NCBI GenBank assembly: GCA_043228905.1 | Contig: JBHGNT010000016.1 | Location: forward strand, 13,082,001 to 13,146,000 | Reading direction: 5' to 3' | DNA length: 64,000 bases | From: Azolla caroliniana | Taxonomy: Eukaryota; Plantae; Polypodiophyta | Shown: one piece after another, positions 51,089-63,900 of the stretch | Position numbering within the stretch: position 1 is the stretch's first letter | Layout of the letters: each line of letters opens with the position of its first letter | Program-made: the position numbers and the translations under genes | Notes under the pieces: generated by a model | Seen by the model: only the letters and a program-made list of their open reading frames with translations | Told to the model about the DNA's origin: nothing | Database searches by the model: none

Positions 51089-52103
51089 TGACGAGAACTC
51101 AACGCTCCTTATGCGCAACGCTCGGCCACAACCGAGTTTAGAATCATACACAGAAAACAGGAAACGGAAACCACGCGACAAAGAGGAGAAGAGTACACAG
51201 GATGTTTACGTGGAAACCCAAACTAGGGAAAAAAATTACAGCAGCCCACAGGCTGCAAACTATCACTATGTCAGAATTTACAACACAGTGAGTTCACGGA
51301 GGCAACGACCTCGTGCTCACGATCTTCGCCATAGGCGGTGGTTACAACAGAGTCAGCGACCTCTTTCTCTCTCTCTCTCTCTCTCTGTGTACACTATTAC
51401 GTGCTCACTCTTCTTCTTGCACCAACAAGAATGATAACAACAACTACACATGTTTGCCCTAAGTCATATTTATACTAATATGACTTTTCGGCTATTTACA
51501 AATATAGCCTCGATAGGCTCTCAGAAACATATTTACGAATATGTCTCTTTCTGCGGTTCTCACCGGGTCTGCGTCATCTGGCTCTCCGTAGCTGGGTGCT
51601 CCTCATCCCGTTCTCACCGGGCCTGCACCATCCGGCTCTGCGTAGCCGGTTACTCATCCGGTTCTCACCGGGTGTGCACCATCCGGCTCTCCATAGCCGG
51701 GTACTCCTCATCTGGTTCTCACCGGGCCTGCACCATCCTGCTCTCTGTAGCCGGGTACTCCTCATCCGGTTCTCACCGGGCCTGCACCATTCGGCTCTAC
51801 GTAGCTGGGTACTCCTCATCCAGTTCTCACCGGGCCTGCACCATCCGGCTCTCCGTAGCCGGGTCCTCATCCGGTTTCGGCCTCGGCCGAAATTGTTCAT
51901 CGGCACTGTTCTTGTCCCTTCCAATCCGGAGGGACCTGTCTCCCAACAAACTCCCCCTTCACTCCGGCATGGGGTGTTTTACCAGTCCGATCAGCTTCCG
52001 GCATGCATCCAGCTTGTCGGGTATCAGAACTTTGGTCAGCATATCTGACCCGTTCTCGCCGTGTGGATCTTCGTCAGCGCGAACCCCTGGTCATCTACTC
52101 TTT
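51089..52103 (-). mobile_element. Copia family B 3' end: RNase H tail, PPT, 3' LTR 51089-51948; cut by gap
   Basis: LTR homologous to 2679-3794; PPT complement aactcccccttc at 51949; ...KHPMPE* coding end. Confidence 0.9.
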
Positions 52104-52203
52104 NNNNNNNNNNNNNNNNNNNNNNNNNNNNNNNNNNNNNNNNNNNNNNNNNNNNNNNNNNNNNNNNNNNNNNNNNNNNNNNNNNNNNNNNNNNNNNNNN
52201 NNN
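52104..52203. other. Assembly gap (100 N)
   Basis: Run of exactly 100 N; the two sides belong to different elements. Confidence 0.99.
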
Positions 52204-55200
52204 AGCCGAATTCGGCGACTTTGGATCCATGTCTCCCAAAGACTGACGGAGCCCGAAGCCGAACGATCCAAAGTCGCCGAATTCGGCATGACCTTAGAAG
52301 GACCGGCGGCCCGATGGCACGCAAAGCACTTACCGGGCAGCTTTGCCACATTCGATGCCTTGAAGGCCAAATTCCTCAGGCTTTTTCACAGACAAGTTGA
52401 GCAAAGGGAATTGGTCGGGCAGTTCTACACCACCCGGCAGGAAGAGAACGAGACTGTGCCACAATTCATCATTCGGTTTCAGACCCTGCACAGCCAACTG
52501 ACGAGAGCACCACCCCAAGACGAAGCCAAAGCAGTCTTTTTGGCCGCGCTGAAAGAGCCACTTCGAACAATGTGCGGAGTCCTTAATTTCCGTACCAGCA
52601 CAATGGACCAAGTTATTGATCGGGTCTTAGAAATGGACAAGACTAGCTCCTTCTTGTCGATGGGGATGTTACACCGGGCACTCCCGAAGGAGGAAGACCT
52701 GAGGTTCCGACAGGCCTTACAATGCACAACATGCCTAAATTCGGGGCACTCAACGGTAGACTGCACCCTGCAGACACAATGTATGATCTGCAACTCTCGA
52801 GCCCATACAACGGATCGATGCGAATATAACCTGTTAAATCGGCAGGCAGCACCGGTTCGACACATAGAACCGCGCAATCAGAACCCGGATGAGGATCGAT
52901 TCCGGAGAGACGACCACTACCAACGCGAACGCGGTAACAGATACGCTAATAGAAGACGCGATAACTATGACCGAGAGGAGAAACACAGAGATAGCTACCC
53001 CCGGGACCGGTACGACCGAGACGAATCCCCGGAATACGAACGACGCAGAGAAGAGAGGCGACAAGGGAACCGAAATTTCCGACGGAATCAGAAGCGTGGA
53101 TTTTTCCGAAGAGAGGAACGTCGGGAGGCAGCAAGGAATGACAACCCGGTATCGGTACCGGATAACCGAAAAACCGAAGACGACCGCCGAAGTATACCCA
53201 CCCTCCAAACCGGGGACAAAGGAGAAACGAGCAACAGTCACAAGGTGTACTGTTATTACTGTCGTAAGGAAGGCCATTATAGTAACCAATGCCCAAGCAA
53301 AACCAATGACAAGCAGCCGGCAGTCAACATGGTTACAGCCAAAATAACAAAAGTATAGCAGGTGAAAACCCGGTCAAAGGGAAAGACCGCCGAAGAAAGC
53401 GTACAGCCAAGAGAAAACCCGACGTGGCAAGCGCTACAGGACTGTCAAATCGTGCTGCCGTTAGCACGGCTACTACAGTTGCTGCCACGGTTTACGGCAG
53501 ACTTACAGGCATCCGTGAGCAAACCGAAGCCGACGCCAGCACCGGCATTCTTCTCCAACCCGGAGGAAGGACCAACGGTGGTCGATACAAGTAGCCCAGC
53601 GATCACGGCAATCGTGAAAGGAAAGGAAATTGCTGGAACGATTATTGACGGAGGCTCCGGGGTAAATGTTATCAGCCGACAGACATGCGATAACCTGGGC
53701 ATCTGGGAATGGGAACCATGCCCCTTCTGGTTACGCATGGCGGATACCAGCTCAGTCCGACCGACCGGGCTTATCCGGGATTTGGAAGTAACGATCGGAG
53801 GCCACGTATTCCGGATATCGGTCGTGGTGCTGCAACTGAATGTACAAGGCGCGTACCCCCTACTGCTAGGACGACCATGGCTGCGAACGGCGCATATTAA
53901 GCAAAACTGGCAAAAGAACATGATCACATTCCGGCGAGGGAAAACAAAGGTACGAGTAACGACGCAACCATGGGTGATCACTAGTAAGGAAGCAACTCCA
54001 TTGTATGCGGAAAGCATTAACATGTTGGAGGGATTACCAGACGAGGAAGTGGAGCGGTACCTCGAGGAACACCCACGAATCGTCCCACTATTTGAGGTGG
54101 ATATCACGGCGGCAGTAGAACCGTACATCACAACGCCGGACGAACCGGACCAAGCGGCGATCCGGGAACTGCAACAAGCGCAGGAATCCCTAGAGAGGGA
54201 AATGACGATATCCCAGAGGGTAAAAGCATCCCAACTAGAGGAGGTGAACCCCGGCACAAGAGACAAACCCCGACCGGTAAATGTCGCAAAGGAATTGCCG
54301 AAGGAAGAAAAGAAGGCAATGGTAGCATTATTAACAGACTTCAAGGATGTGTTCGCGTGGTCGTACGAAGACATGCGAGGGCTGGACCCCCAGCTCTATC
54401 AGCACCAAATTCACCTAAGTACGGACGTGAAACCGATCGCTCAATGCAGGTACCGGATGAATCCGAATTATGCGGCGAAGGTGAAGGAGGAGATTGATAA
54501 GCTCCTCCGGGTCAGATTTATCCGACCGGTCAAGCAGGCAACCTGGCTGAGTCCGATAGTGGTGGTCCCGAAAAAGAACGGCAAAATACGGGTATGCGTG
54601 GACTACCGCAAACTAAATGCGGCAACAGTGACCGATGCGTTTCCACTACCATTTACGGACGGGGTGTTAGATGCGGTAGCCGGCCACGAAGTTTACAGCT
54701 TCCTGGATGGATTTAGCGGCTACAACCAAATACGAATGAACCCGGCCGACTAGGAGAAGACAGCATTCGTTACGGAATGGGGAGTGTTCGTCGCGGTCGT
54801 GATGATGTTCGGACTAAAGACGGCCCCAGCGACCTTTCAAAGGATAATAATGGAAATTTTCGGGGAATATATTCCCGGTTTTATGCAGGTCTTCCTTTAC
54901 GATTTCGCGGTCTACAGCCGGCACGGAGAGCATCTCGATCACCTCCGGCTGTGCTTGGAGAAGTGCCGCGAGTATCGGTTGAGTCTGAACCCGGCCAAGT
55001 CCGTCTTTGGAGTGGCAAGCGGCAACTTACTAGGGCACGTGGTGAGTAAGGAAGGAATCGCGGTAGATCCGGATAAAGTAAAGGCGATTCTCGAGGCACC
55101 AGCACCAAATAACGCAAAGGCTTTAAGCCGGTTCCTGGGCCAAATAAGGTGGCATAGCCGGATGATACGGCACCTCGCAGACTTCGCTACACCTTTGCAT

Positions 55201-57183
55201 ATCGCCGTACACAGGCTCCCCTTCCTATGGGCGGAGACGGAGGAGAAAGCCTACCAAGCGTTGAAAGTTATGTTGTCGCAAGCTCCGGTGGTGCAACCGC
55301 CGGATTGGAGTAAAAGCTTTCACGTCTTCGTCGACGCGTCGGATGTAGCAATCGGCAGCATTCTGATGCAACTCACGGAGCAGAAATGGTACCGGCCGGT
55401 GTACTACGCAAGCCGGAAACTCTCAAAAGCCGAACGGAACTACTCTACGACGGAACGCGAGGCATTAGGAATGGTGTATAGTGTCACAAAGTACAGGCAC
55501 TATCTGCTCGGAAGGAAGTTTTCCTTCCATGTCGACCATTCGGCACTACTCTACCTGGTCTCAAAGGCATCCTTGACGGGAAAAATTGCACAATGGACAC
55601 TGCTTTTACAGGAATTTGAATTCGATATTTTCCACCGACCCGGGGCGTAGCATGCGGTAGCGGACTACCTAAGCACACTCGAATCCGGAGAAGCAGGGGA
55701 CGGCGTCCAGGATGAGTTCCCCGACGCCGAGTTGTTCCGGATCATGACGGAACCGGCAACGGCTGCAACAGTAGCCGATGAAGACACGTGGCTAACTGAG
55801 ATGCATTAGTTCCTGAGCACCGAAGTACCCCCGGAGAACATGGACCGCGATGAAAGGAAAAGGGTAGCAGTAAGAAGCAGACATTTCTGCTTGGTTGGAG
55901 ACACTCTCTATCACAAGGGGGCAGATGGCATCTGGAGACGAGCAGTGCGGAGCGATGAGAAGGATCTAATCCTCAGGGAAGCCTATTGTGGAATTGCCGG
56001 CGGGCATTATGCTGGCGACACAACCGCTCGGAAAATATGGCAGAGCGGACTGTGGTGGCCCACCACCCTAAAAGATGCCGTGAAGTATAACAGAGAATGC
56101 GATTTGTGTCAACGACTGGGCCAACCCACGGAGCAGGCCCGGATGCCACACCACCCGGTCTTGCCATTTCAAAAGTGGGGTTTGGACTTTGTTGGTCCCT
56201 TCAAGCCACCGGCAATGCGAACCGGAAATCGGTATGTCATAGTGGCGACCGACTATTCCACCAAATGGGTAGAAGCGAACACCTTACGGGACAACACGAC
56301 CGCGTCCACGGCAATGTTCCTGTACGAGTGCATATGGTGCCAGTATGGATGCCCGATCGAGCTTATAAGTGACCAAGGAGCATACTTTCTCGGGCAGGTA
56401 GTAGAAAGCCTGACATCATTTTACGCGGTGGTACATAAAAGGAGTACTCCCTACTACCCTCAAGCCAATGGACTAGCGGAATCGACGAACAAAACTCTGC
56501 AGAACGTCCTACGAAAAATCGTCAACGAGAACTGGACCGACTGGGATACGAAATTACAGAGCGCGCTATGGGCGTACCGAACAACGTACAAAACCAGCAT
56601 CCGAACAACCCCATTCCGACTAGCATTCGGTTTAGAAGCGGTCATGCCAGTAGAGTTCCAGATCCCCAGCTTACGGATCCAGGTAAAGGAGCGCTTAAGT
56701 GAGAAGGAGTCCGAACAAATCCGGATGGTGACGTTGTTGGAATTAGAAGAAAACCGAATAGCCAGCTTACTACAACTCGAACTGGAGCAACGGAGGAGAA
56801 AAGCTTTCGTGGACCGACACCGGCTTGGCAACGAAAAGGAGTTCGAAGTCGGGACACCGGTGCTACTGTTCCAGACACAGATGGGGAACATGACGGGAAA
56901 GTTGCGGTTTCGGTGGACCGGACCGTTCTGGATCACCAAGGAGTACAATGGGTCGTATCAGCTCGGCACGTTGACTGGAGAAGTCATCGGTAAGTGGGCA
57001 AATGGGTTTCGGCTAAAGCCGTATAAGGGACATATGCCAGCCAACCCGTTCAAGCAAAACTCGGAAATCCGGCACGATGAGGAACCGACACCGATACTGA
57101 CAAAGACTATCCCGGAAAACCGACAGAAGGATCTGGTATCAGCGCGAACCGACCCAAACAAATCGGGGGGGGCCAGAAAATGA
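52204..57183 (+). pseudogene. Gypsy gag-pol in one frame with four TAG stops
   Basis: CYYCRKEGHYSNQC, IIDGGSG, CVDYRKLN...LDGFSGYNQI, FVDAS...EREAL, WGLDFVGP/SDQG/NGLAE. Stops at 53356, 54751, 55648 and 55807; RT active site reads FLYDF. Confidence 0.92.
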
Positions 57184-57618
57184 CGTGGTCCAAACAAACA
57201 GAAAAAAAAAAAAAGAAGAAGAAGAAGAAGAAAAAAAAATAAAAAAAATCATAGTAATGATGGGGAGATCACAAGAGGTGGGAGTGCCACCATGCAACGA
57301 AGAGGCGCCATGCAGTAAAGGAGGACGTGCGTGTATTTGCTATTTAAAGCATGGAACGTGGGCACCGACATACGAGGAATTATTCACACGCGGCAAGCAA
57401 GAAAGGACATACTAATTATGGCGGGAGATAGACATGCGCGGGAAACGAAAAAGGGTGGTTCGAGGCAAAAGCTACTATATAAGACACAGGCTTGCGAAGG
57501 ACTTACTTTTTACGAATTTTCCTACACATAGGCGCAGAAGCACAGAAGAGCGATCCGACGCACAACGCACACACATCCTGATCCCGAACAACAGACAACA
57601 GAAGAAGAATTCGAACCA

Positions 57619-60518
57619 ATGGCACTGTCGGAGGAGGCACGCCAATGGATGAGGGAGAACGGGTTAGAAGGATTGTTGCAGATCGCCGACGCTCCACCAC
57701 ACGCAGAACCAGAGCAGGCGGCAACATCGATTGATTTATCAGAAATCACAGAAGGAGCGGTGCAGGCGCTCACGGGGATAAAAGCAGGAGGACTTCAAAC
57801 GATCGAAAACCCTTCAAGTGAAATCCTGTTCGTATATTTCGGTGAGTATTCCATCAGCAGCAAGGCGTACCGTACACAGGGCGGAGAGAACCTGCTGTTC
57901 GGAGAAGTGGCCCGCGCCATGATGGAATACGGATTCGTGAATTCTCGTCCCCCGGCCATACCCAGGTACCGGGCAGCGTTCTTAATTGCAACGTACGAAG
58001 GATTACAAGTGGACTGGCTCCATTTCATAACCGAAGGATTGAAGGAGGCCATCAAGAACCTTGTGGAAGGAAAAAAGCCATGGGCCGGGATAGCACAATG
58101 GCTAACGGTGTTAGTCCCACCGGTGCTCCCCATCAAACAAAAGAAAAGAGGTCGGCAGGAGACGACGCCGAAAAAGGTCACAAAGCGCCGACATATCCTG
58201 GAGAAACACACCCCCGGATGGACCCAGGAAGAAGCAGAACAGCGGGGGGAAGGACCATCCCGACAGCAATAGGAACCGGCAACAAAGGCAAAACCGGCAG
58301 TAAAAGGCAAAGGAAAATCGGCCGAGGAGGAACCGGTAGCACTCAAACCAATCAATATAACGCTGCGACGGCCGGAATCGGAACCAGAGGCCTTCATACA
58401 AAAGGTCTGTCTGGTAGCCGCACCGGAGGAGGAAGCTGAAACAGAAGACTCATCCGAACCACTGGTAAGACTCCTAGCAAGACAAGGTCGGGAGAGACAG
58501 GCGAGAGGACCGGCTCCACCAGTTGACAAAACTCAGCAGAGGGCGCAAGGACCACCTCCAGTAGCCGGGGTGGAAGCAGTACTGGAACCCGTACCGAGGG
58601 AAGCAGCACCGACACCGGTTTTGCCGGACTTGAGAGAACCGGTCATCCCAGAGAAGAGGAATGAACAAGCGCTGGAGCCAGAGAAAAGGCCGGAAAAACA
58701 GCCGGAGTTAAGGAGTAGAAGTGAGCAATGCTACCCCAACACAGGAAGCACAAAGCCACAATGGCTGAGATGGCTTTCAGCGCAGTTATCGGGAAGAAGA
58801 AACGTGTAGGCAACATCTGACGCATACAACAACCCAGGAGTTGGTCGCGCTCCGAACACAGATCCAGGAATTGCAAGGGGAGCTGTTGCAGGCAAGGGAA
58901 GGAATTCAACAAGCACAAGTTGTCACCGAGCCGGTCGGGACAACAAGGAAACAACCAGAACCGGAACCGGAACCGGTAGCCTTGCAAACCGGCCCTGAGA
59001 CTGAAAAAATAATAGAAACCTTATGAGAGGAGTTAAAAGCTCAAGAGGCAATAAGGGAAAAAGAAAGGGAGCAGCGGAAAGCAGTGGAGGACGACAGACG
59101 GAAAATGGAAGAAGGCCTCCGGAAAGGCCGAGCCACTAATGACCGACTGCAAGTAGAAAAAGAGAAGCTACCAAAAGAGAAGGACCGACTACGGCGACAG
59201 GCCGAGCAGGAGATAGAACGACTGCAGGAAGAACTCCGACAACAGAAGGACCGGGATGACTGGTTAAGAGCTCAGGTAAGCCGACACCTGAAGCAGAAGA
59301 CGGAGGACTTCGACCGACTCTACCGAGATCACAAGCAGGTCGAGTCGGATAACAAGAAACGGGCAACAGACTACGACCGGCAAATAGAGAAGCTGAAAGA
59401 ACAGCTCAAAGAGACCCGATTAGACCTGGCTAAGACAATGGACGAGGTCAGTGCCAAAAGAAGCATTGTCGGCGGAAATAACCCAAGCGACGGAGAGAAG
59501 GAAGGAATTAGAGGCGCTAAGGCGGGAAAAGCTGGATCTGACCAAGATCAGGAATGAAGAAAAGGAAAGATCGACCTTCACGATCAACAAACTGCAAAGT
59601 ACCTATGAAAAGCAGAAAGCGGATTATGAGGCCCAGGCTCAGATAATGGCCGACATTATAAAACGGGCAAGGAAGGAAAAGCAAGAAGCTTATGCGCATG
59701 CTAAGGCGGGGGTTGACCGGATCAAGCTCATCATGTCAGGTTGGAGTACCCGAGCTCAGACAAGCATCAACGAAAGTACGGAAAAGCTATGGAAGGAGTG
59801 GTCACAACAGGCAGCCGAGCTGCAGACACTCCGAGCTGATGCCGAGAATCGGAGGAAGACCGGTGACAAGTTCTACAAGATGGATGAAGACAGTATCGTC
59901 GCCATTCGGGAAGAATTGTCGGAGGATTTCTACGCTTTAGCGGAAGAACATCTCAAAGAAATCCGAGGGTTGGTAGAGAGGTTGGATGACGGGCAGCTCG
60001 CAACTCAGTTGGAGTTGGAGAAATACGAGCAGGACCGGTTACGACAGGAAGCCAAGGGAAGAACGACGCCAATCACTATAAGTGAGGGAGAGCGACCGGC
60101 TGAAGTTGAACCAACCGACACCGAACAACCCCGACAAGGAATACCCGAAGAAGAACTTCCGTTCGAAGAAAATCAAGAAGAGCAGGAGCAGACCGATGTC
60201 GGAGCAGAAGAAGAGCTGAGACCGGAAGACACCGGAGCAGAGGAAGAAGGCGCACCGAGCCGACCAGTCGAGATCGGAGAAAGAGACACTGGTAACAGAC
60301 CAGAGCCTAGAACGGAGGGAGAACAGGAAGAACCCGGACGGAGCGGTGAGGTAGCACCGGCACCATAGGATCAAGCAGAGCCGGAGCAGCAAATTTTTAC
60401 GGAACAGCCAACCCAACCGGAGGTCGGAGACCAGGCAGGCAAGGAACAGGAATTGGAGGAAGAAGCACCACTGGACACCTTCAAGCAGAGTGTGCTCGAT
60501 ATTTTGGAGGAAGAATGA
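57619..60518 (+). pseudogene. Extra ORF in env position (~965 codons): globular N-terminus, Pro/Glu linker, long coiled coil, acidic tail; disrupted
   Basis: Consecutive ORF pieces 57619-58272, 58570-58809, 58841-59026, 59084-59557 and 59451-60368, continuing to TGA at 60518 just before the LTR. Confidence 0.7.
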
Positions 60519-60957
60519 GGCCGAGAGTGGATTCGAAGTGCAAGGCACTTTCCCACGGGCGTGCCATGTGTTGACCGGTCAGAAGAGCAAGGACAAGTGG
60601 GAAGGCGGAGTCGGATCGGATAATAGGAAGTAAATAATAGTATAATTATTATTCGGAGGGACGGATCCGGTACAGTTGTACCGATCCGGATCCGGACCGA
60701 TTCAGATGCCGGTTGCCTAAGCGCACCGATTGTAACCTTGCCGGATGCCTATAAAAGGATCCGATGATTTGTAAAGGCTTTACGGAAGTAATACAAAAGT
60801 AATTATTGCGTGTTTATCTTTATCTTTGTATTGTTTTACCATCTGTGCTTAGGGTAATCATCTTACGCGTGTAACCTAGCATCCAATCCTTACCACCCCT
60901 TTGGAGAAGTGTCGGATAGACACCTGTGTTGAGGCTAGTCCGGCCAGGCAGACAACA

Positions 60958-63900
60958 CCGTGATGACAAAAGGACCTAAGCGTTGATAGTCAAGCTTAGC
61001 ACACGGTCGAGTAGTCTTGATGTGACGACGAAGCAACCATACACGGTCACCAACCTTAAACGGAGACTTAAGACATTGTTGATCGGCATTGGTCTTATGG
61101 TGTGCTTGCGCTTTCTGAAGATGTGATGATAACTCGAACTGGATTTATTGTAGTCGGTGGAGGTGATGCGCCGCACTAGGGTTTCATGACACCTCGGGAA
61201 GATCCAGTATACACCATCGAGGGTGGTTACCAGTGTAGGCAAAGAAAGGTGTAACTTTGGTAGAAGAGTGGACCGTGTTGTTGTATGCAAACTCCGCAAG
61301 ATGTAAAATATTACTCCAATCATCTTGTTGATAACTAATGAAACATCGAAGATATTGCTCGAGCGTTTGATTTGTGCGCTCTGTTTGTCCGTCAGTTTGT
61401 GGATGATAAGCCGAAGAGAGTTTGCAAGAGATTTTGAGGCCTGCCCATAGGTGCTTCCAAACGTGTGAGATAAATTGAAAACCTCGATCGCTAATAATAT
61501 CATTCAGGAAACCATGATGGCGAAACACTTCACGCATAATGAGATCTGCAGTTTCTTCCCTATTGATGGTCTTTTCACATGGTACAAAATGTGCCATCTT
61601 GGTGAACCGATTCACTACTGTTAAAATAGTATCAAAGCCTTTGGAAGATGGCATATCCGTAATGAAATCCATAGAAATAGACTGCCATGGCTTGTTGGGA
61701 GGGGGTAATGGTTGTAGTAAGCCATAAGGGTGATGCCAAGGTATTTTGGCGCGACAACAAGTGTCACAAGTGCGAACATAATCTTCGACAAATTTTTGCA
61801 AGTGACGCCACCAAAACGAACGTTTCACCAGCTCAATGGTCTTGGAAATACCAAAATGTCCAGCCATGGGGGCATCATGACAATGTTCCAACACTTGAAG
61901 TCGGGGTGATCTGTCGGGGACATAAAGGAGATTCTTGTAGAAGAGTAAGCCATCTTGCCACTTGAAGTCTTGATAATGTTCAGATGACCCTGGCAATGTG
62001 GAGCAAGATGGACGACTTGAACCACAGTGGGCTAAGACATCCTTAGCGAAATTATCTGAATGAAGTTGTTGCCAAATAGTGTCAAGAAGGGTAGAATCAA
62101 GTGGCGTGGCATAAATTGTTGTTACTTGTAGCTTTGATGGCCCGAGGAGAATTTGCTTTTGATTGTCAAAGGCCGGATCTCCATGTTGAAGTGCTGGATA
62201 CGAACGTCGAGACAAAGCATCTGCTTTCCCTTGTTGTTTTCCGGGGTGAAAAAGGATCTTGAAATCGAAACGCGTTAGAAATTGGGCCCACCGAGCTTGG
62301 CGTTTATTTAATACTCGAGCTGTTTGAAAATATGTGAGATTTTAGTGATCACTATAAATGATAATCTAATGAGGTGATCCTTCTAGAAAATGACGCCATT
62401 GCTCGAATGAGTCGACCACAGCTAGTAACTCCTTATCATGCACCTCATAGTTTATCTCCGAAACATTAAATTTTCTCGAGTGAAACGCGATTGGATGTGT
62501 CTGTCCGTCCTCGCCTGGTTGCGATAGGATACTCCCCAATGCAAAGTTCGATGCATTTGCCTCAATAGTAAATGGCTTTTCAGGATGAATATGTGCTAGG
62601 ATGGGTGCTGATGTGAATGCCTCTTTCAGTTGCGTAAAAGCCTTGTCCGCTTCAATACTCCAAAAAAATGCTTGATTTTTCTTGGTGAGTTTAGTAAGGG
62701 CCAAAAAAAAATATCCAAGAAATCCCGGAAGATGTCATTTGCCATATGTTGGAATACTGCAGGTGCATTTGTGAGCCCGAAAGGCATGACTATATACTCG
62801 AAATGACCATACCGAGTATGAAATGTTGTTTTCCACTCATCTCCCGGCCGAATTCGAACAAGATTATATGCACCCCTTAGATCAATTTTGGTACAATGCT
62901 TTGCCCCACCAATGCATTCTAAGAGATTGGAGATTAAAGGTAAAGCATACCTATTCCTTATGGTGACTTTATTTAAGCCTCGATAGTCCACGACCAAATG
63001 AAGGGAGCTGTCCTTTTACTTCACAAAAAAGATAGGAGCACCAGTTGGAGACTTTGAATGTCGAATAAACCCATGTGCAAGATTTTCCTCGATGTATTCT
63101 CGAAGAACCTCAAGCTCAGTGGGTGATAAATTGTAAATCGGATCCCACGGTGGCTCTTTTCCTGGTTGGAGATCAATAGGACAGTCGTACGACCGATGCT
63201 TTGGAAGAACACTAGCTTTGACTTTGTCGAAAACATCAGCATAGTCTTGATATTTTTTGGGAATTTGGATGTCTGAATTCCCTTGAGTGACACTAGAAGG
63301 TGTCACTGATACTGCAAATAAGAAAAGGTCCTCCTTGCCTCCCACTTGGCACAATTGTTGCAATATGATGGCTGAAATTTGATGAGAAGGATATGGCGCA
63401 TCGATAGAACTATATACTTTAGGAGGATAATCCCGAGTTCGATCCTTGACAATGATATTTTCTGCTAAAGGGCACCTAATTTCTCACTTCCTCCAATCGA
63501 TTCTAGGGTTATGTAGCTCGAACCATGGCAAACCGAGAACAATTAGATGCTCAGGACTACGGATTATGTTAAATGAAACTACACATCCTAAATCACCCAA
63601 GAGTATGTGTATTGGCTCAGACTCTTCATATATCTTCCCGGAAGCTATGGGGCATCCATCAATCACTACTACGGAAACTGGACAAGGAAGTGTATGCAAG
63701 GATATTTGGTGTTTTTGGGCAAAATCTCTATCCATGAAACAAGAATTGGCTCCAGTATCTAAGAGGGCTTGGACTTGAAGTTGACAACTGGGTGTCCTAA
63801 CTTGTACTAGGGTTGAGAAGACTCTACAAACATGCTTGGAAGAAATGGAACCCACACTAGGTTGTACATATCTAGGGTTGTCCAACCAAACGGCTCCTAT

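Larger units (their letters stand above)
52204..60957 (+). mobile_element. Athila-like non-chromovirus Ty3/gypsy element with extra 3' ORF; 3' LTR 60569-60957
   Basis: gag-PR-RT-RH-INT order, no chromodomain and no additional RNase H. LTR TGTTG...CAACA with a TATA box; inserted into a chromovirus integrase at 60958. Confidence 0.88.

Noticed and set aside
52003-52400. ORFs spanning the N run, suggesting a copia-gypsy fusion
   Set aside because: Artefact of translating through an assembly gap of unknown true length.
53445-54374. 309-aa antisense ORF (also 57795-58529, 1220-1846)
   Set aside because: Shadow frames of coding sequence on the opposite strand; Ser-rich, no motifs.
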